Shown: positions 1 through 12,330 of the stretch, piece after piece
Layout of the letters: the number at the start of each line of letters is the position of its first letter
Numbering within the stretch: position 1 is the stretch's first letter
Assembly: GCA_037447605.1 (NCBI GenBank)
Contig: CM074817.1
Coordinates: forward strand, 310,001-374,000
Length of the DNA: 64,000 nucleotides
Direction: 5' to 3'
From: Zygnema circumcarinatum SAG 698-1b
Taxonomy: Eukaryota; Plantae; Zygnematophyceae
Position numbers and translations under genes: made by a program
The notes under the pieces: generated by a model
Seen by the model: the letters and a program-made list of their open reading frames with translations, nothing else
Told to the model about the DNA's origin: nothing
Databases searched by the model: none

Positions 1-779
1 TCCAGCCAACGAGAGCTGGACACGTGGCGCTTACCCAAGCCGTCTCCTCTTTGGCGGAATTTTGGCCGGAGATTCGTTTGGAAACCGTCGAAAATTTGGG
101 AGAAAAAGACATCTTGACTTCTCGAGAAATGTTCGTTTCTGCAAGGAGGGCTGCTATGGATGCCAACGGTAATATTGCGGAGATTATTGGCTTGGGTATA
201 CGTGGGGAGATGCTTAATTTTGGAAGCAAAGGGAATCTGGATAAAGAGAAGCCCGAACTCAGAGAAGCAGGAGGTAGTGGAGATGGTGATGGAGGGAGAG
301 GAGAGAGAACCGAAGAAGATGTGACTGCTGTTGAACCATTAGGGAGAGAGGCTGCGGAGGGGGAAGTGGGAGAAGGCAACCTATTGGAAAGGGAAGGAGG
401 GAAGATGAGGGAGAATCCGCCGGATAGTGGGGACGCTACTAGAGAAGAAAACTTAATGCAACAAATAGCACAATTAGGGGATGAGGGTGGCAAGGGGTAT
501 GCTGGGAGAGAGCTCATTGCAGGCATGGTGAGGTGAGTAGTGCTGTTCTATGTCATGCCTTGTAATGTTCAGTCGATGCCATTCTGTTCAGTTGCACACA
601 TGTTGTGCAGCAAAACTGCGTAAACATATGAAGAAAGGCATGTAAAGGACGCAGACCCACTTGCCCACTTACTCGTTTTGTGCATTACTTTTGACAGGAA
701 TGAGGATGAACCGGAATTCAAGCCGGAGGATTGTGGGACCCATATGGTGGTTGACGGGGCGAAAGAAACTCCTCTATGA
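1..779 (+). CDS. 3' part of a spliced gene of unknown function (acidic, low-complexity protein); begins before the window
   Basis: The frame is open from base 3 to 532, followed by donor AG|GTGAGT (533) and acceptor TTGACAG| (697). The next exon reads NEDEPEFKPEDCGTHMVVDGAKETPL to a TGA at 777-779. No recognisable domain. Confidence 0.5.
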
Positions 780-1639
780 TATATGGAGGAGGGGGGTGTT
801 GAAACATCGGAGGAGGAGAGAAATGCTCCGAAAAGGAAACCCCTCACTCAGATTCCGACAGCCAAACTGAAAACTGGCCCTATGGAAATCACCTCACAGC
901 CCTCATGTAAGTTTGTGTTCGCTGCTGCGCTTCATACCCTATTGCAGAGTCCCAAAGTTTTAGAGAGCTCGGCTAGAGTCGCATCTTTTCTTGTTACAAG
1001 CACACTGATGGTGAACATTTGGGGGTTTGTAGGTATTGGTTTTGGCCAGTTTCGAATGTGGCAATGGTGAATGTAACGCTGCCATTATACACGGGGCGTG
1101 AGGTATAAAGCGGAGTGTACGGAGAAGGAAGAAAGAGAAGCGAAGGGGGCGGGCGAATGTAGGGGCTTTGTAGTGGTGCCATTTTTGGCAGTAGAGAGAT
1201 AGGCAGTTGAAGTGTGCTGGGGGCTCTCTTTGAGCAACTCAAATGCTCTTGCTAGAGATGTATAGTAATGGCTTTTTGTAGCGCTTTCTAGTAGCAGTGG
1301 TGAGAGATGATTTTGACTAAGGTGTTTGAAATGGGTATGTAGGCTGTTCAATTTTTTTTTTTTTTTTTTGTATCTTGAAACGTGCAGTGGATGCAGTGCC
1401 AGTTTAAACCCAATATTAGTGTCAAGGGAAAGCTGTCAACTTGAAATCCATGTGAACCAACCAGTTAGCGTTTACAGTAAACAGAACAAAACGGAACTGA
1501 ACGGAAGGTTTTTCTAACTACCATACAAACGATCATAGAACGGTGGAGTCCCATGGAGGAAGCTTAAATATCGTATCGAGCCGACGATTGTATCTTGTCG
1601 ATATATCACCTTGTCGTACGATATTTCTAGACGTTTGCT

Positions 1640-2200
1640 TGACGTGGCACGTGCCTGGCGCAGGTTGTTCACGTGGCTTCAAGATCTGACGAACCTCAAG
1701 AAGCCACGTAATATTTTCTGCCACGTGTTTGAATTTTGACGAATGGCTCGCGCCACGCGGTACGCCTGGTCCTCTTTCCGGCGACGGCTACCCGCCACGT
1801 GTCGTGACTGCAACTAACGACAAATATCATACAGTGACCTGTCTTAATTTGTACGAATCCATATCTTTACCTTTCGTACGGCATTTTTTGTCGTTTTGAA
1901 ACTGTACGGACTCGCGAGACTTCCAAGTTCCCAACGTCATTCTCCCGCCTCGCTATTGCCACCTCACATACAAGCACCGTCCAATGAGAACGTGCCACGT
2001 GTACAGATTTTTTACATGGCAGTTTGTCATTGGTTCATTTACCATAGCTACAATGCAGGCCTGAGTCCGACGACCCTCTCCCTCCCTCCCTCTCTCTGGC
2101 CCTCCGGCCACAGAGGTCATAGAAATTTTAGGGTTGGCAAACCTGCTCATATATATGCGCTCCCTCAGCGCAAATCTGCAGAGATTTAGGGTTCCCGTTA
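1640..2200 (+). promoter_or_regulatory. Promoter-like region of the importin-13-like gene with clustered G-box/ACGT motifs and telo-box-like TTTAGGGTT
   Basis: CACGTG or ACGTGG at about 1642-1655, 1669, 1721, 1795 and 1996. TTTAGGGTT at about 2125 and 2185. CpG-rich compared with gene bodies. Confidence 0.45.
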
Positions 2201-2334
2201 CCTTATCTAACCAGTCATATTTATGGTCCTCAGGGCCGAGGGAGGGAGGCAGGGAGGCATCTTAATCTTAGCATTGCTTCATTGGGGCTCGGACAGAGAG
2301 GCGCTTGGGGGCGCGGTTAGGGTTGGAGGATGTC

Positions 2335-5300
2335 ATGTCTGTTGCGGAAGTTGAGAGAGCTTTTGCCCTTTTTTTTCGCAGCAATGATGCGGCGGCCGGC
2401 CATTGGCTCGTGCAGTTCCAGCAGTCGCCGCAGGCTTGGCGCACAGCGCACGACCTCCTCTCTGCTTCTTCAGGCAGCTCCGCCGCCCCACTGAGCACGC
2501 ACCTGCTTGTGTTTGCAGCTCAAACTCTGCGTGCAAAGGTAAGATGGGCGTCACGGCCACTACCTCTCTCTCTCTCTCTCTGTGTCGTTCTTTCACGCTT
2601 CTCTCTTCCTCAAATTCTCCTTCTCCTTTTCTCTCTCTTTATCTCTCTCCTATTACGGCCATTTGGTCCAGCTTGGTAATGAAAACCAGCTACCTTATGT
2701 TTTTTGAGTTTTAAAGCTAATGTTTATCTAGGGACGGTAATTCTTTTTTTTAAGGATTAATCTTAAGTGATTGTCGTGGGCTGACTCATGTTATTTTTGA
2801 AGTTAATAAGAAAGATCTATCGGCTACAACTTTAGGTACTTTAGGTTAGGTAGGGCTAGTGTGGGTTATTGGGAGTTCCTTTAATTATGTCTATGTAAAT
2901 CACTAAAGCAACTTCGATACGCGGATCAGTTGCAGTCAGTCAGTCAGTTTCTATCAACTAGGACCATTTTCTTGTAACTTGGGTAACATAAAGTAAGTTA
3001 GGCTCGTTCCGCCTTGAAAAGTAAAAGATGACCCCAACGAATTTGGTATTTAGACTTGGTAGGAATAAGGAGGGCTACTCAAGGTTAGTCAGAACTAGTT
3101 TAGTTAGGATTGCATTTGATCGGGTTGACGACATCTCCTTGTGTGAATCCGAATGTGCTGAATTGTTTAACTACCTACCATCATTTTTTTTTCCCGAAAA
3201 AGCTGAGTGATCCCGCCCAGAAGCAAAATGCTTAAGATTTCTTGGGTTTTTTTTAGTCATAAAACTGAAGCAGGCAGCCTTGGGGTCGGGCCTTGTTCAG
3301 GTGCAGAAGCAGCTCTCAGAGCTTCCTCCAAGCGACCATCCAGCCCTTAGAGAAGCAGTTTTGCAGCATGTTGTTCACTTCAGCGGAGGTCCACATCAGG
3401 TATTGAACCAAAAATGAACCCCAGAAACTAGTATGATGTAAGCAACCATAATAGCCGACTTATCTTCTTCATCCTTTGGTTCTGTTTGTCTCGGATGAAG
3501 TGCAGGTTTTAACTCAGCTTTGTGTAGCACTTGCTGCACTGCTCTTGCGCTCCCCTGATTGGTCGGACTCGCTTCAAGTTGCACTCTCAGCAGGAGATGG
3601 ACGGGCAGAATGGGAGAATGCTCTTTTGGAGCTTCTTACTGTACTGCCTGAGGAGACGCTCGATGAGCGAAATCTCTGTGAAGTGTCACGAGAGCGTCAG
3701 CAATTTTTCCTGCAAGAGGTGAAGAATAAGTCTTTCAATTTCTTCAGAAATTCGACAGATAGAGAGGCAGAGTTCATTTTCTGCTTCAGAAACAGGAAGG
3801 GGAATGTAGACGTTTACCAGAACGAGCAGACGAAAGGAGGCGGGATTGAGATGGAGCAGAGAGATGTAGGGGACTGAGGGAGAGGGAGAGGGAGGAGGGA
3901 GGGAGGGAGAGGGAGGGAGAGGGAGAGGGAGAGAGAGGGAGAGGAGAGGGAGAGGGAGAGGGAGGGAGAGGGAGAGGGAGGAGGGAGAGGGAGGAGAGGG
4001 AGAGGGAGAGGGAGAGGGAGAGGGAGAGGGAGAGGGAGAGGGAGAGGGAGGGAGAGGGAGGAGGGAGAGGGAGAGGGAGAGGAGAGGGAGAGGAGAGGGA
4101 GAGAGGAGAGGGAGAGGGAGAGGAGAGGGAGGGAGAGGGAGAGGGAGAGGAGAGGAGAGGGAGGGAGAGGGAGGAGGGAGAGGGAGAGGGAGGGAGAGGG
4201 AGAGGGAGAGGGAGAGGGAGGAGAGGGAGAGGAGGGAGAGGGAGGGAGAGGGAGGAGAGGGAGAGGGAGAGGGAGAGAGGGAGAGGAGAGGGAGAGGGTG
4301 GAGGGAATAGGGAGCGAGATGTGAGAGGAGAGGAGCTGATGACGGAGTCGGTTTTTGTTGAGGCTTGCAGTTGGCGGCTATTGGCAGCCAAGTACTGCGC
4401 TTGTTGGAGAATCAGATGCAACAAGATTCGTTCATATTACGAATCCGAATTCTGCACTGTTTACAGTCATGGGTGAGTGCTAATACTTGCAGCAGTCATG
4501 AATAGAATTTGTCGTTATACTTATTGTAAAATTTTATATCTAACTATGTGTGATGATTTCATCGTTGTTTACGAATGTTGGCATTGGCTCTATGCAGGCT
4601 CGGTTGGGATGCGTCCAGGAATCTTCCCATGGCAACCCGGCCGATCACCCTCTTGTGCAGTTTGCATTGAACTGCTTGAAGGTATGGTCGTTGTGTCGTT
4701 GTTTCTATATTGCATAAGTAATATGTATCAACACAGAGTGGTTTTTTATCGCGAAGAGGAGGTCTTTTTGTGGGTTCTTTGAAAGAGAAAGGAAGCCATG
4801 GATGAGAAAGGAGCGGTGCATTCACGGACTTTGCAATCTGCCAATAAGGCAGAGTATGTTCTAAACTAAACCAAACTTTGAAGTACAAGTTCGACGATTC
4901 TTAGAAGTTCGAAGTTGGCTATCGTACAAGCATCAATGAGAAAAGCAATAGATAGATTTCAAGCAAGGAGGAGAGTTTAATAATATTTTTTACTGCCTTA
5001 TTGTAGGGAGGGGCGGAGGACCTTTTAGAACCGGCCGCAGGGGCATTGGAGGAGCTGCTTTCATCCACTAAGGTGGGAAAGAAACGAACTAACTATGTTT
5101 CAGTCGTGAGCTATATTGGAATACCTTCCTCTCTGAAAAATAAAAAAAAATAGTTTTAAATGGTTGTAATCTATGCCCTTACTTTCTCAACGTCTTGGTT
5201 CTGCTTTCATAATTCGGCTAGAGGTGGATTGCGTTTATACAACATGAGTATTTTCCTGAGTTAAATCTCGCTAGTTGGGTGCTATTGCAGGGTCTTTCCA

Positions 5301-8300
5301 AAGGAATGCTTCCCTATCTCCTCCGCTTAAAGGAGGAGACCCTTCTTCCTGCATTAGATGCTCAGAACGAGGGGGTGGTTTCCGCTATCTGCCTCGTCAT
5401 AGTCAATACCTTTCTTTCGGTTAGTTGACTTCTTCCCTAATACTATGTTTCCTCCCCATTCCTTGGCATTGTCTGAGGGATTCTCTGCTCCATACCATCA
5501 ACTTATGAAGAACATGGGAATGTGTGTGTCTATGCAGGCCCCCGAGCTTCTTGACAGAGAAAACTCGCTTGTACAATCACTTATTGATGCAGTTTTTCGG
5601 TAAGCTCCATCATCATTTTTCCAGAACTTCATCCTCACTTGTATGATGAATAGAAGGGGGCTCATGTGGGTCAGTGTAAAAGCAAAAGTGGGGTATGATG
5701 ATGACGATGATGATGATGATGATGATGAAAGTGTACTTAGAATGGCTGAGGGAGGAGCAGATGTGCTGCTTTTAAAGCGGAAGATTGGAGCATTTGTGAG
5801 AGTACATTGCCCTTATGGAGCACTCTGGCAGAATCTCTGCAAGAGGAGGAGAAGAGAGGGAGAGGAGCACAAGCAGCTGCCATGGCTTTCCCTGTTCTCT
5901 GCACACTCGTGGACCGAGCTCAGGTGAGGAAAGGAGAACGAGAGAGGGGTGGGAGAGCGAGTAGGAGAGAGAGGGTGAGGGAGATAAAGATAGTCAGAGC
6001 GCACGGAATGAAGGTCGAGCAGAGTGGGAGAGACAAAGGAAAAGGTTTGCATGAAGCAGTTAATAGGGGGAGGGATCACAATTCATGTCCCCCCCCCCCC
6101 CCTCCTTTCATACACCAGAGGTATGTAGATTGTTTCTTTTGACATACACCGTTGATCTGCAGATGGACGGCGCAGATTCATCAGAAGAGCTGCTAAACGA
6201 CTACGTCCCAGAAGGTCTGAATGAGTTTCGAGAACAGCTGAAGGAGACTTTGGAAGACTTCTGCAGGGTTACTGGATCGGCAGAATATGTTGCAAAGGTA
6301 TGATCAAACTAACTAACTAACTAACTAACTGGCTGACTGGCTGACTAGCTAATTAACTAACTAACTAACTTGTTAACCAGATTTCAGTTTAACTTATGGC
6401 TTGTCATTTTTTCCTGAGCATCAAATGTGATCTATCTGTTGCAGATGTTGGAGGGGGTGGAGAGATGGACTTCTGAAGGAGCAATTCAGCAATGGCAGGC
6501 CATTGAAGCTCGACTTTTCGCTTTACAAGCTGTAAATGTAAGTTTATTCACTTCATCCGCGGCAAGAGATCTGAGTATGATCGAAGTATTGCTTACATGT
6601 ACACTTCTACTTTCTGCAAATCAATCAGCCAAATCAATGAATCATTTTGGAACGTTTTGCCTGTGAATGGTCAGATAGGAGAAGCGTTAAACGATCTAAA
6701 AGTCGCCGCTATTGTCGACTCTCTCATTTTATTTTTGGCCAATTTGACATCAGCTCTCCAATCTCTTCATCCCATAGCTCGTAGTCTGGTGAGTAAGCCC
6801 CCTCCCCCCCCTTCTTAAACACCTGTGAAAGTTCTTGAACTTCCACCTGTATAGCTTTATGCAGTGAACCCTCCTTTGCATCCAAGTTCAAGCTTCCTAA
6901 ACGATGAATTTTAGTCTGCAGAGAGTATGTTTTTCCTGTCTGAGTCTCTGCTTTCCTCTCTGCAGCAAAGTTTGCATGTGCTATTCCATGTAATGCTGAC
7001 TTTTTGGTTGTTACTGGGACGGAACTGTCTGACAGTTACATAGAACCGCCGCATCTCTAGTTGGACTCAATGCCGAGTGGATTCAACGGCAGCCCGCAGC
7101 TTCCCCAGCCCTCATGTAAGCTGCTCTTTTAAAAACTAAAAAATTGCTACTTTTCATATATCGTCAACTCCCTCCCTCAAGCCTTCCTTACTCTGTAGCA
7201 CATATCATCACCAGTCGCAAACATAGCCCCTCCATCCCTCACTGCACTAAAATTCTGCAAAAGAAAAAAAAAGCAGATTAAAACAAATTCACCACACAAA
7301 ACATACCTTCTTTCCTCTACATATTCCGTCCTATATGCCCCCCCTGTGATCCCCTGAAGAAGTTGAAGTTTGCAGTCCGTTTGTTCGTTATTATCATTAC
7401 TACTTCAGCATTTGATGAGAAAGAAAGTAGAAGGGGTTGCAGAGCCCTCCTTTTGCAGGGCTTCCGGCATCCCTCTGTTGCTCCCTCCTGCTCTGCTGCT
7501 CTCCGCCACGTGTGCGATTCCACTCCCTCTGTCATAGTGCAGAGTCCCAACATGCTGGAGGAGATAGTCCACCTGGCAGAGGTAAAAAGCAAAAAAAAGA
7601 AAAACCTGAAAAACTTGAAAAACCTGTACCTGTTTGGTTGTTCTCTTTTTATTTCTGTCACTTTTCTCCTGTTTTTCTCCACTTCGCAATTGGCTTGGTT
7701 AAGCCACTGGGGCATTCGATGTCGATTTTTTGGGGAATACGGCGACTGTTTCGTGATTTTTTGGCAGTTCTTTTTAGATGCTTTGTTTGTAAGACTTCAA
7801 CGTTTTCAGTTTTCTTTAATTGGGTCACCAGGGTTTTCTTTGTCACATTGCGTTTTTTGTGTGTATGCTCCTAGGTTTGTGGGTTGGTAGTGGTTTAGAG
7901 CTACCATTGATTATTGCTTGATGCTTCTAAAGCCCATTAGCGGTAAGAGTTGAGCTGTGTAACTGCATGTTTCTGAAGCTTAGCACATCCTTTCGACTTA
8001 GAGAAGCAAGCAAGTAAAGAAGCAAGAAGGTTATGAATGCTTTCCTTTTGGCCACTCAGTGCCTGATTTGTTTCTTCAGGGCCAATATTATTTACTTACA
8101 TCCATAGTCCCCCCCTCCCCCCTTCTTTTCATTTTTCTTTCAGGGAGCGGGTTCTATTCCCTTAGGAGCAGCTGAAGATGAGGACATTATGGCAGCCATG
8201 GCTTCCCTGCTTACAGTTCTCCCCCCTACACAACGGAATTCCGTTCTACAGCGATTGCTGAATCCGATCAGTTCAGCACTCCTACACTTGGTACGGACTG

Positions 8301-11300
8301 ACTTTCCTTCGTTGCATTTTTCTATTTTTGATTCCAAGGATAATAAAACCATTCACAATGCCACACTTTCTATTTAACTATCACCATCGTCCGGAATGGC
8401 GATGTGTTAACAATGAATGCATGAAACATGAATGGACTCTTCCGAGGCTTTATGCAACCAAAACTGCAACTGCAACTGAAACTGAAACTGAATCTGAAAG
8501 TGGAACTGAAAGTGGAACTGAAAGTGAAACTGAAACCATGTTCCATGTGATGTGGGGGCTTTCCTTGCTATCAGCTTAACGTTCCCATTCCGGTATCTGG
8601 AAATTCCGAAGGTTCATCTTTATATGCAGACTCGTTGAGAGGTGCTTCAAGAGCACTCACAAGGTCAGACCTTCTCTTTCATGGTGAAGGTCAGCTTTTG
8701 AAAAATATTAAGCTATTGAGCAGACCCAATTGCGCAACATGTCCTGCAGTGACTAAGTCCTTAGTTTCTAAAGTTTTTATAACGTTGGATATCTCACAGT
8801 CAGACGAGTGATGATCATCTGCCCAAAAGAATATAATTTTCCTTTTTATTTTCTCTTGCTCTTCTGAAATATTGCACTCATGTGGATGTTTTTGCCCTTA
8901 ACGCACTTATCCCTTTTTCACGCTCTTCTCTTTCATGGTTTTGGTCAAGTTGAGTGTTTTTAGGATTCCTTTAAGGGTTGAAGCATACATTTGAACGAAA
9001 GGATGGAGTGACGTGGCAGGTTGGGCTCTCTCTGTTCGAATTTGATGACAAGTAGTGAAGAAGGAGAAGCCGACAGTGCGGAGTTCGGACTGCTGGCAAG
9101 TGCATGGCCTCCCATCCAATCACTGCTTGCCACGTGGCACACTCGAGATGCGAACCTCGCGGCAGCAGCTTGTCGATGTGTGACGCAGGCACTCCCTACT
9201 GCAGGTGGGAGGAGAGAGAGCGAGAGAGAGAGAGAAGAGAGAGAGGGAGAGTGAGAAGGAGAAGGAGAAGGAGAGAGAGAGGATGAGTGAAGAATTGAAC
9301 GAGACAAACTAAAAAATTTGGAGGCAGCAAACAGAAAAGTCTTGTTTAGACTAGATGAGAGGAGATACAGAAGAGTTTCTAATCACCAGTACTGCAGAAA
9401 CGGATGCAACATCATAATGGACGTTTTTTTCTGTGTACAGGTCCTGGTTTTCTCCCCTCCATTCCGTCGGTTTTGACGTCCATGGCTGCTTGCTTTGCAT
9501 CATCTCTCCCGCAGGCGTGTTATCTGCATACAGGTAAAGTTACTTCTTCACTATCCTCGCCCTGCCTTCTCTCAATGGTCTGCTTCTCTCTCTCTTGCTC
9601 TCCCTACACCCCCCCCTCTACCTCTCTCCTTTCTCTCCCTATCTCCCCTTTCCCTCTCTTTCTGTCCTTTCCCCCACCCCCTCACCCTCTGCCTCTCCCA
9701 CCGCTCTCCCTACTCCTCTCCCACTTTCCATTCTCTCTTAATCTCACCCCCTCCCCCACTCCCCCACCCCCCCTCTCCCTCTCCCACTCTCCTTTCTCTT
9801 CCGATCTTCCCCCCTCCCTCTCGCGCTCCCCCATCCCTCCCTCCCTCCCCACTCCCTCCCTCCCCCCTCCCTCCTCCCTCCCTCACCCTCTTCCTCTCTC
9901 GTTGCTCTCCCAATCTCCCCTCTTCTCCCTCTCCCTCTCCATCTCCCTCCCCCTTTCCCTTTCCCTTCCCCCACTCCCCCTCTCCCTCTCCCACTCTCCT
10001 TTCTCTTCCGATCTTCCCCCCCTCCCTCTCGCTCTCCCCCCTCCCTCTCTCCCTCCCCCTCCCTCTCCCTCCCTCCCTCCCCCCTCCCTCCCCCCTTCCT
10101 CCTCCCTCCCTCACCCTCTTCCTCTCTCCTTACACTCCCAATCTGCCCCCCTCTCCCTCTCCCTCCCCCTCCCCCTCCGCCTTTCCCTTTCCCTTCCCCC
10201 ACCCCCCCCTCCCTCTCCCACTCTCCTTTCTCTTCCGATCTTCCCCCCTCCCTCTCGCTCTCCCCCATCCCTCCCTCCCTCCCCCATCCCTCCCCCCTCC
10301 CCCTCTCTCTCCCTCTCCCTCTCCCCACTTCCTCCCCCTCTCCCCCCCCCTCTCTCTCTCTCCCTCTCTTAATGTTGCCCCTCCCCTCCCCTCCCCTCCC
10401 CTCTCCCTCTTTTCTGTCCAGTGGAGGCTGCCCTCCGCGAGTCCGGCCCCCTCCCTCCCCTTCTGCCGGCGGAGGCCCTTCAAGCCCTAACGGCGGCGCC
10501 GGCCGGCCGGCAGCTCGCCTCCGTCGCCGGCTGTGACACGACACCGGAGATCGCGGAAGCGTACATGGGGCTGATGTCAGCTTTTTTGTCGTTTTCTGAT
10601 AAGGTGAATGCTCGGCCCCCACTCTCTCTCTCTCTCACTCCCTCTCTCTCTTTCTCTCTCGCCGTTCTCCCCGCACCCCCTGTTGCTTCCTATCGCTGTC
10701 TCACCTTCAGTTGTTTATCCTCGTTTTGTGCTTCTTGCGTTTGTGTTCCTTTTGCCCTCCGACATAAACATCTTCGTTTTTCAACTCTTCTTTTAAATGA
10801 ATTGTTGTAAACTTGCAAAATCGTGCAATTGGATGTCTACATGAAGTTATTTCCTGCAAACTTTTGAGTCCCTCTCTCCTCTCTCTCCCCTCTCTCTCCC
10901 TTCTCTCCTCTCTCTCTCCTCCAGCAGAACGCCCTACTTGCAGCTTTGCCAGGCAGTCCGAACCTTCTTGAGGAGGTCCTTCTTAGAGCACAAGCTTGCT
11001 CTATGGCTGCTCACAAAGGGGCAGCAACTGCTGCTCTCTCCTTCATTTCTGGTATAGCCCATTTCCTTCCCTTCATCGTATGCTACCTTACTACATAAAA
11101 CTGAGAAAGCATGAACTATTCTCTCCTTACTGTTTCTCTTCGCTAGTCTCTGATGTAAGGGCAACTTTTGATTTCTGTATTTGGGCTTGCAGAACTGCTG
11201 AGAATTATTTTGGAAGAACTCACAGATGAGGGCAGGAAGTTATCCGGAGTTGATGTGATAGAAGGGCTCAGAACTTGCACTTTAGCAGCAGGTCCAAAAT

Positions 11301-12330
11301 TGGTTTCTTCCATTTTGAAGGCTCTAATTGGGCCAGGAGCTGTTGCGAGGGTGAGAAACTTCTGTTCCCTTATTTTGGATGCAGAAAGGAGTTTGCCTTG
11401 ATGATGAAGATATTTTGTGTTTCTAAGTCTCACTCCTCACCGCGGAGCAGAAAGAAACTTATCACATGCCCCATTGTTTTTTTCGTTTTTTGGTACTTGT
11501 GTAAAATGTCCCTTCAGGTGCACAAAGCAGCCTTCATAATGCAGCAGCTTGCAGCTCTATGCTGCTTAACAAGTGCGAATGGGTCTCCTGGACCAGGCAT
11601 GTTTGCCATGCATCAGTGGCTCTCTGCAGCAGTGAGCATCTCTCCCCTCTCCCCTCCTCCCACTCCTCTCTCCTCTCTCCACCCCCCCCTCTCCCCCACC
11701 CCCTTCTCCCCTCTCCCCACCCCCTTCTCCCCTCTCCCCCCTCCCCCTCTCCCCTCTCCTTCCCTCTCCCCACCTTCCCCCCTCCCGTTCTCCCTTCCCC
11801 TCCCCCTCCTCCCTCCCCCTCCTCCCTCCCCCTCCCATCGCTCCTGTCTCATACCCCACCACAACCTTCAAGTTCTAAGTTCTAACTCAAAAAACTCATC
11901 ATATTGCAGTTGCAGGAGCTACCCCGGGGCTGCCTCGTTATGGGTGAATTTGAGCACTTGTCGCAGTCGTGGATGACGGCTTTAAGTAGGGCTGCCCCGG
12001 AGTGCTATCACAGAGAGAAGGGCAGCGCACGGAGCGGCTATTTGCATGGAGAGGGAGGGCGGTCCTTGAAGAGACTGATACATGAGTTTGCAACTTCTCG
12101 GAGGTATGTGATGGGAAGGCCATGACATCTCTCCTGCCCGCCCTACCTCCCTCCCTGTCTTCCTCGCTCCCTCCCTCTTTCATAGGCCCTCCCGCACTCT
12201 CTCCTGCACTCTTTCACGTCCTAAGAGAGAGCTGGGAGCTGAGTCTGAAAGAGTAAAGCCTGCAGTTGCGCTGCAGAAGAGTAGGCGTAGGAAGTTCGAA
12301 TTTCGAAAATGTAAATGGTTGGTCTGTTAA
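2335..12330 (+). CDS. IPO13: Importin-13-like / transportin-SR-family karyopherin-beta (resembles Arabidopsis At1g12930), about 20 exons
   Basis: Exon 1 (2335-2538) reads HWLVQFQQSPQAW...FAAQTLRAK. Later exons include VLTQLCVALAALLL, LLELLTVLPEE, ILHCLQSWARLGC, EDWSICESTLPLWSTLA, GLNEFREQLKETLEDFC, IEARLFALQA, LAAAACRCVTQAL, AAHKGAATAALSFIS, VHKAAFIMQQLAA and GEGGRSLKRLIHEFA. These are collinear with the plant importin-13-like protein as remembered. GT-AG introns; last exon and stop are tentative. Confidence 0.9.
3877..4312 (+). repeat. Intronic (GGAGAG/GAGG)n homopurine tract
   Basis: About 430 bp made almost entirely of G and A, inside intron 3 of the importin gene. Confidence 0.95.
9560..10410 (+). 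repeat. Intronic CT-rich tract with an internal ~210-230 bp tandem unit (about 3 copies)
   Basis: The marker CCACTCTCCTTTCTCTTCCGATCTTCCCC recurs at about 9785, 9990 and 10218, and CCTCACCCTCTTCCTCTCTC recurs at about 9881 and 10110. Confidence 0.85.

Noticed and set aside
9795-10241. Illumina adapter remnant (CTCTTCCGATCT, three times)
   Set aside because: The flanking bases do not continue the adapter, and the 12-mer is part of a tandem CT-rich unit.
9404-10622. Long Pro/Ser/Leu- or Gly/Arg/Glu-rich ORFs (also 3786-4424, 11275-11976)
   Set aside because: These are translations of intronic CT/GA tracts that lack stop codons by composition.
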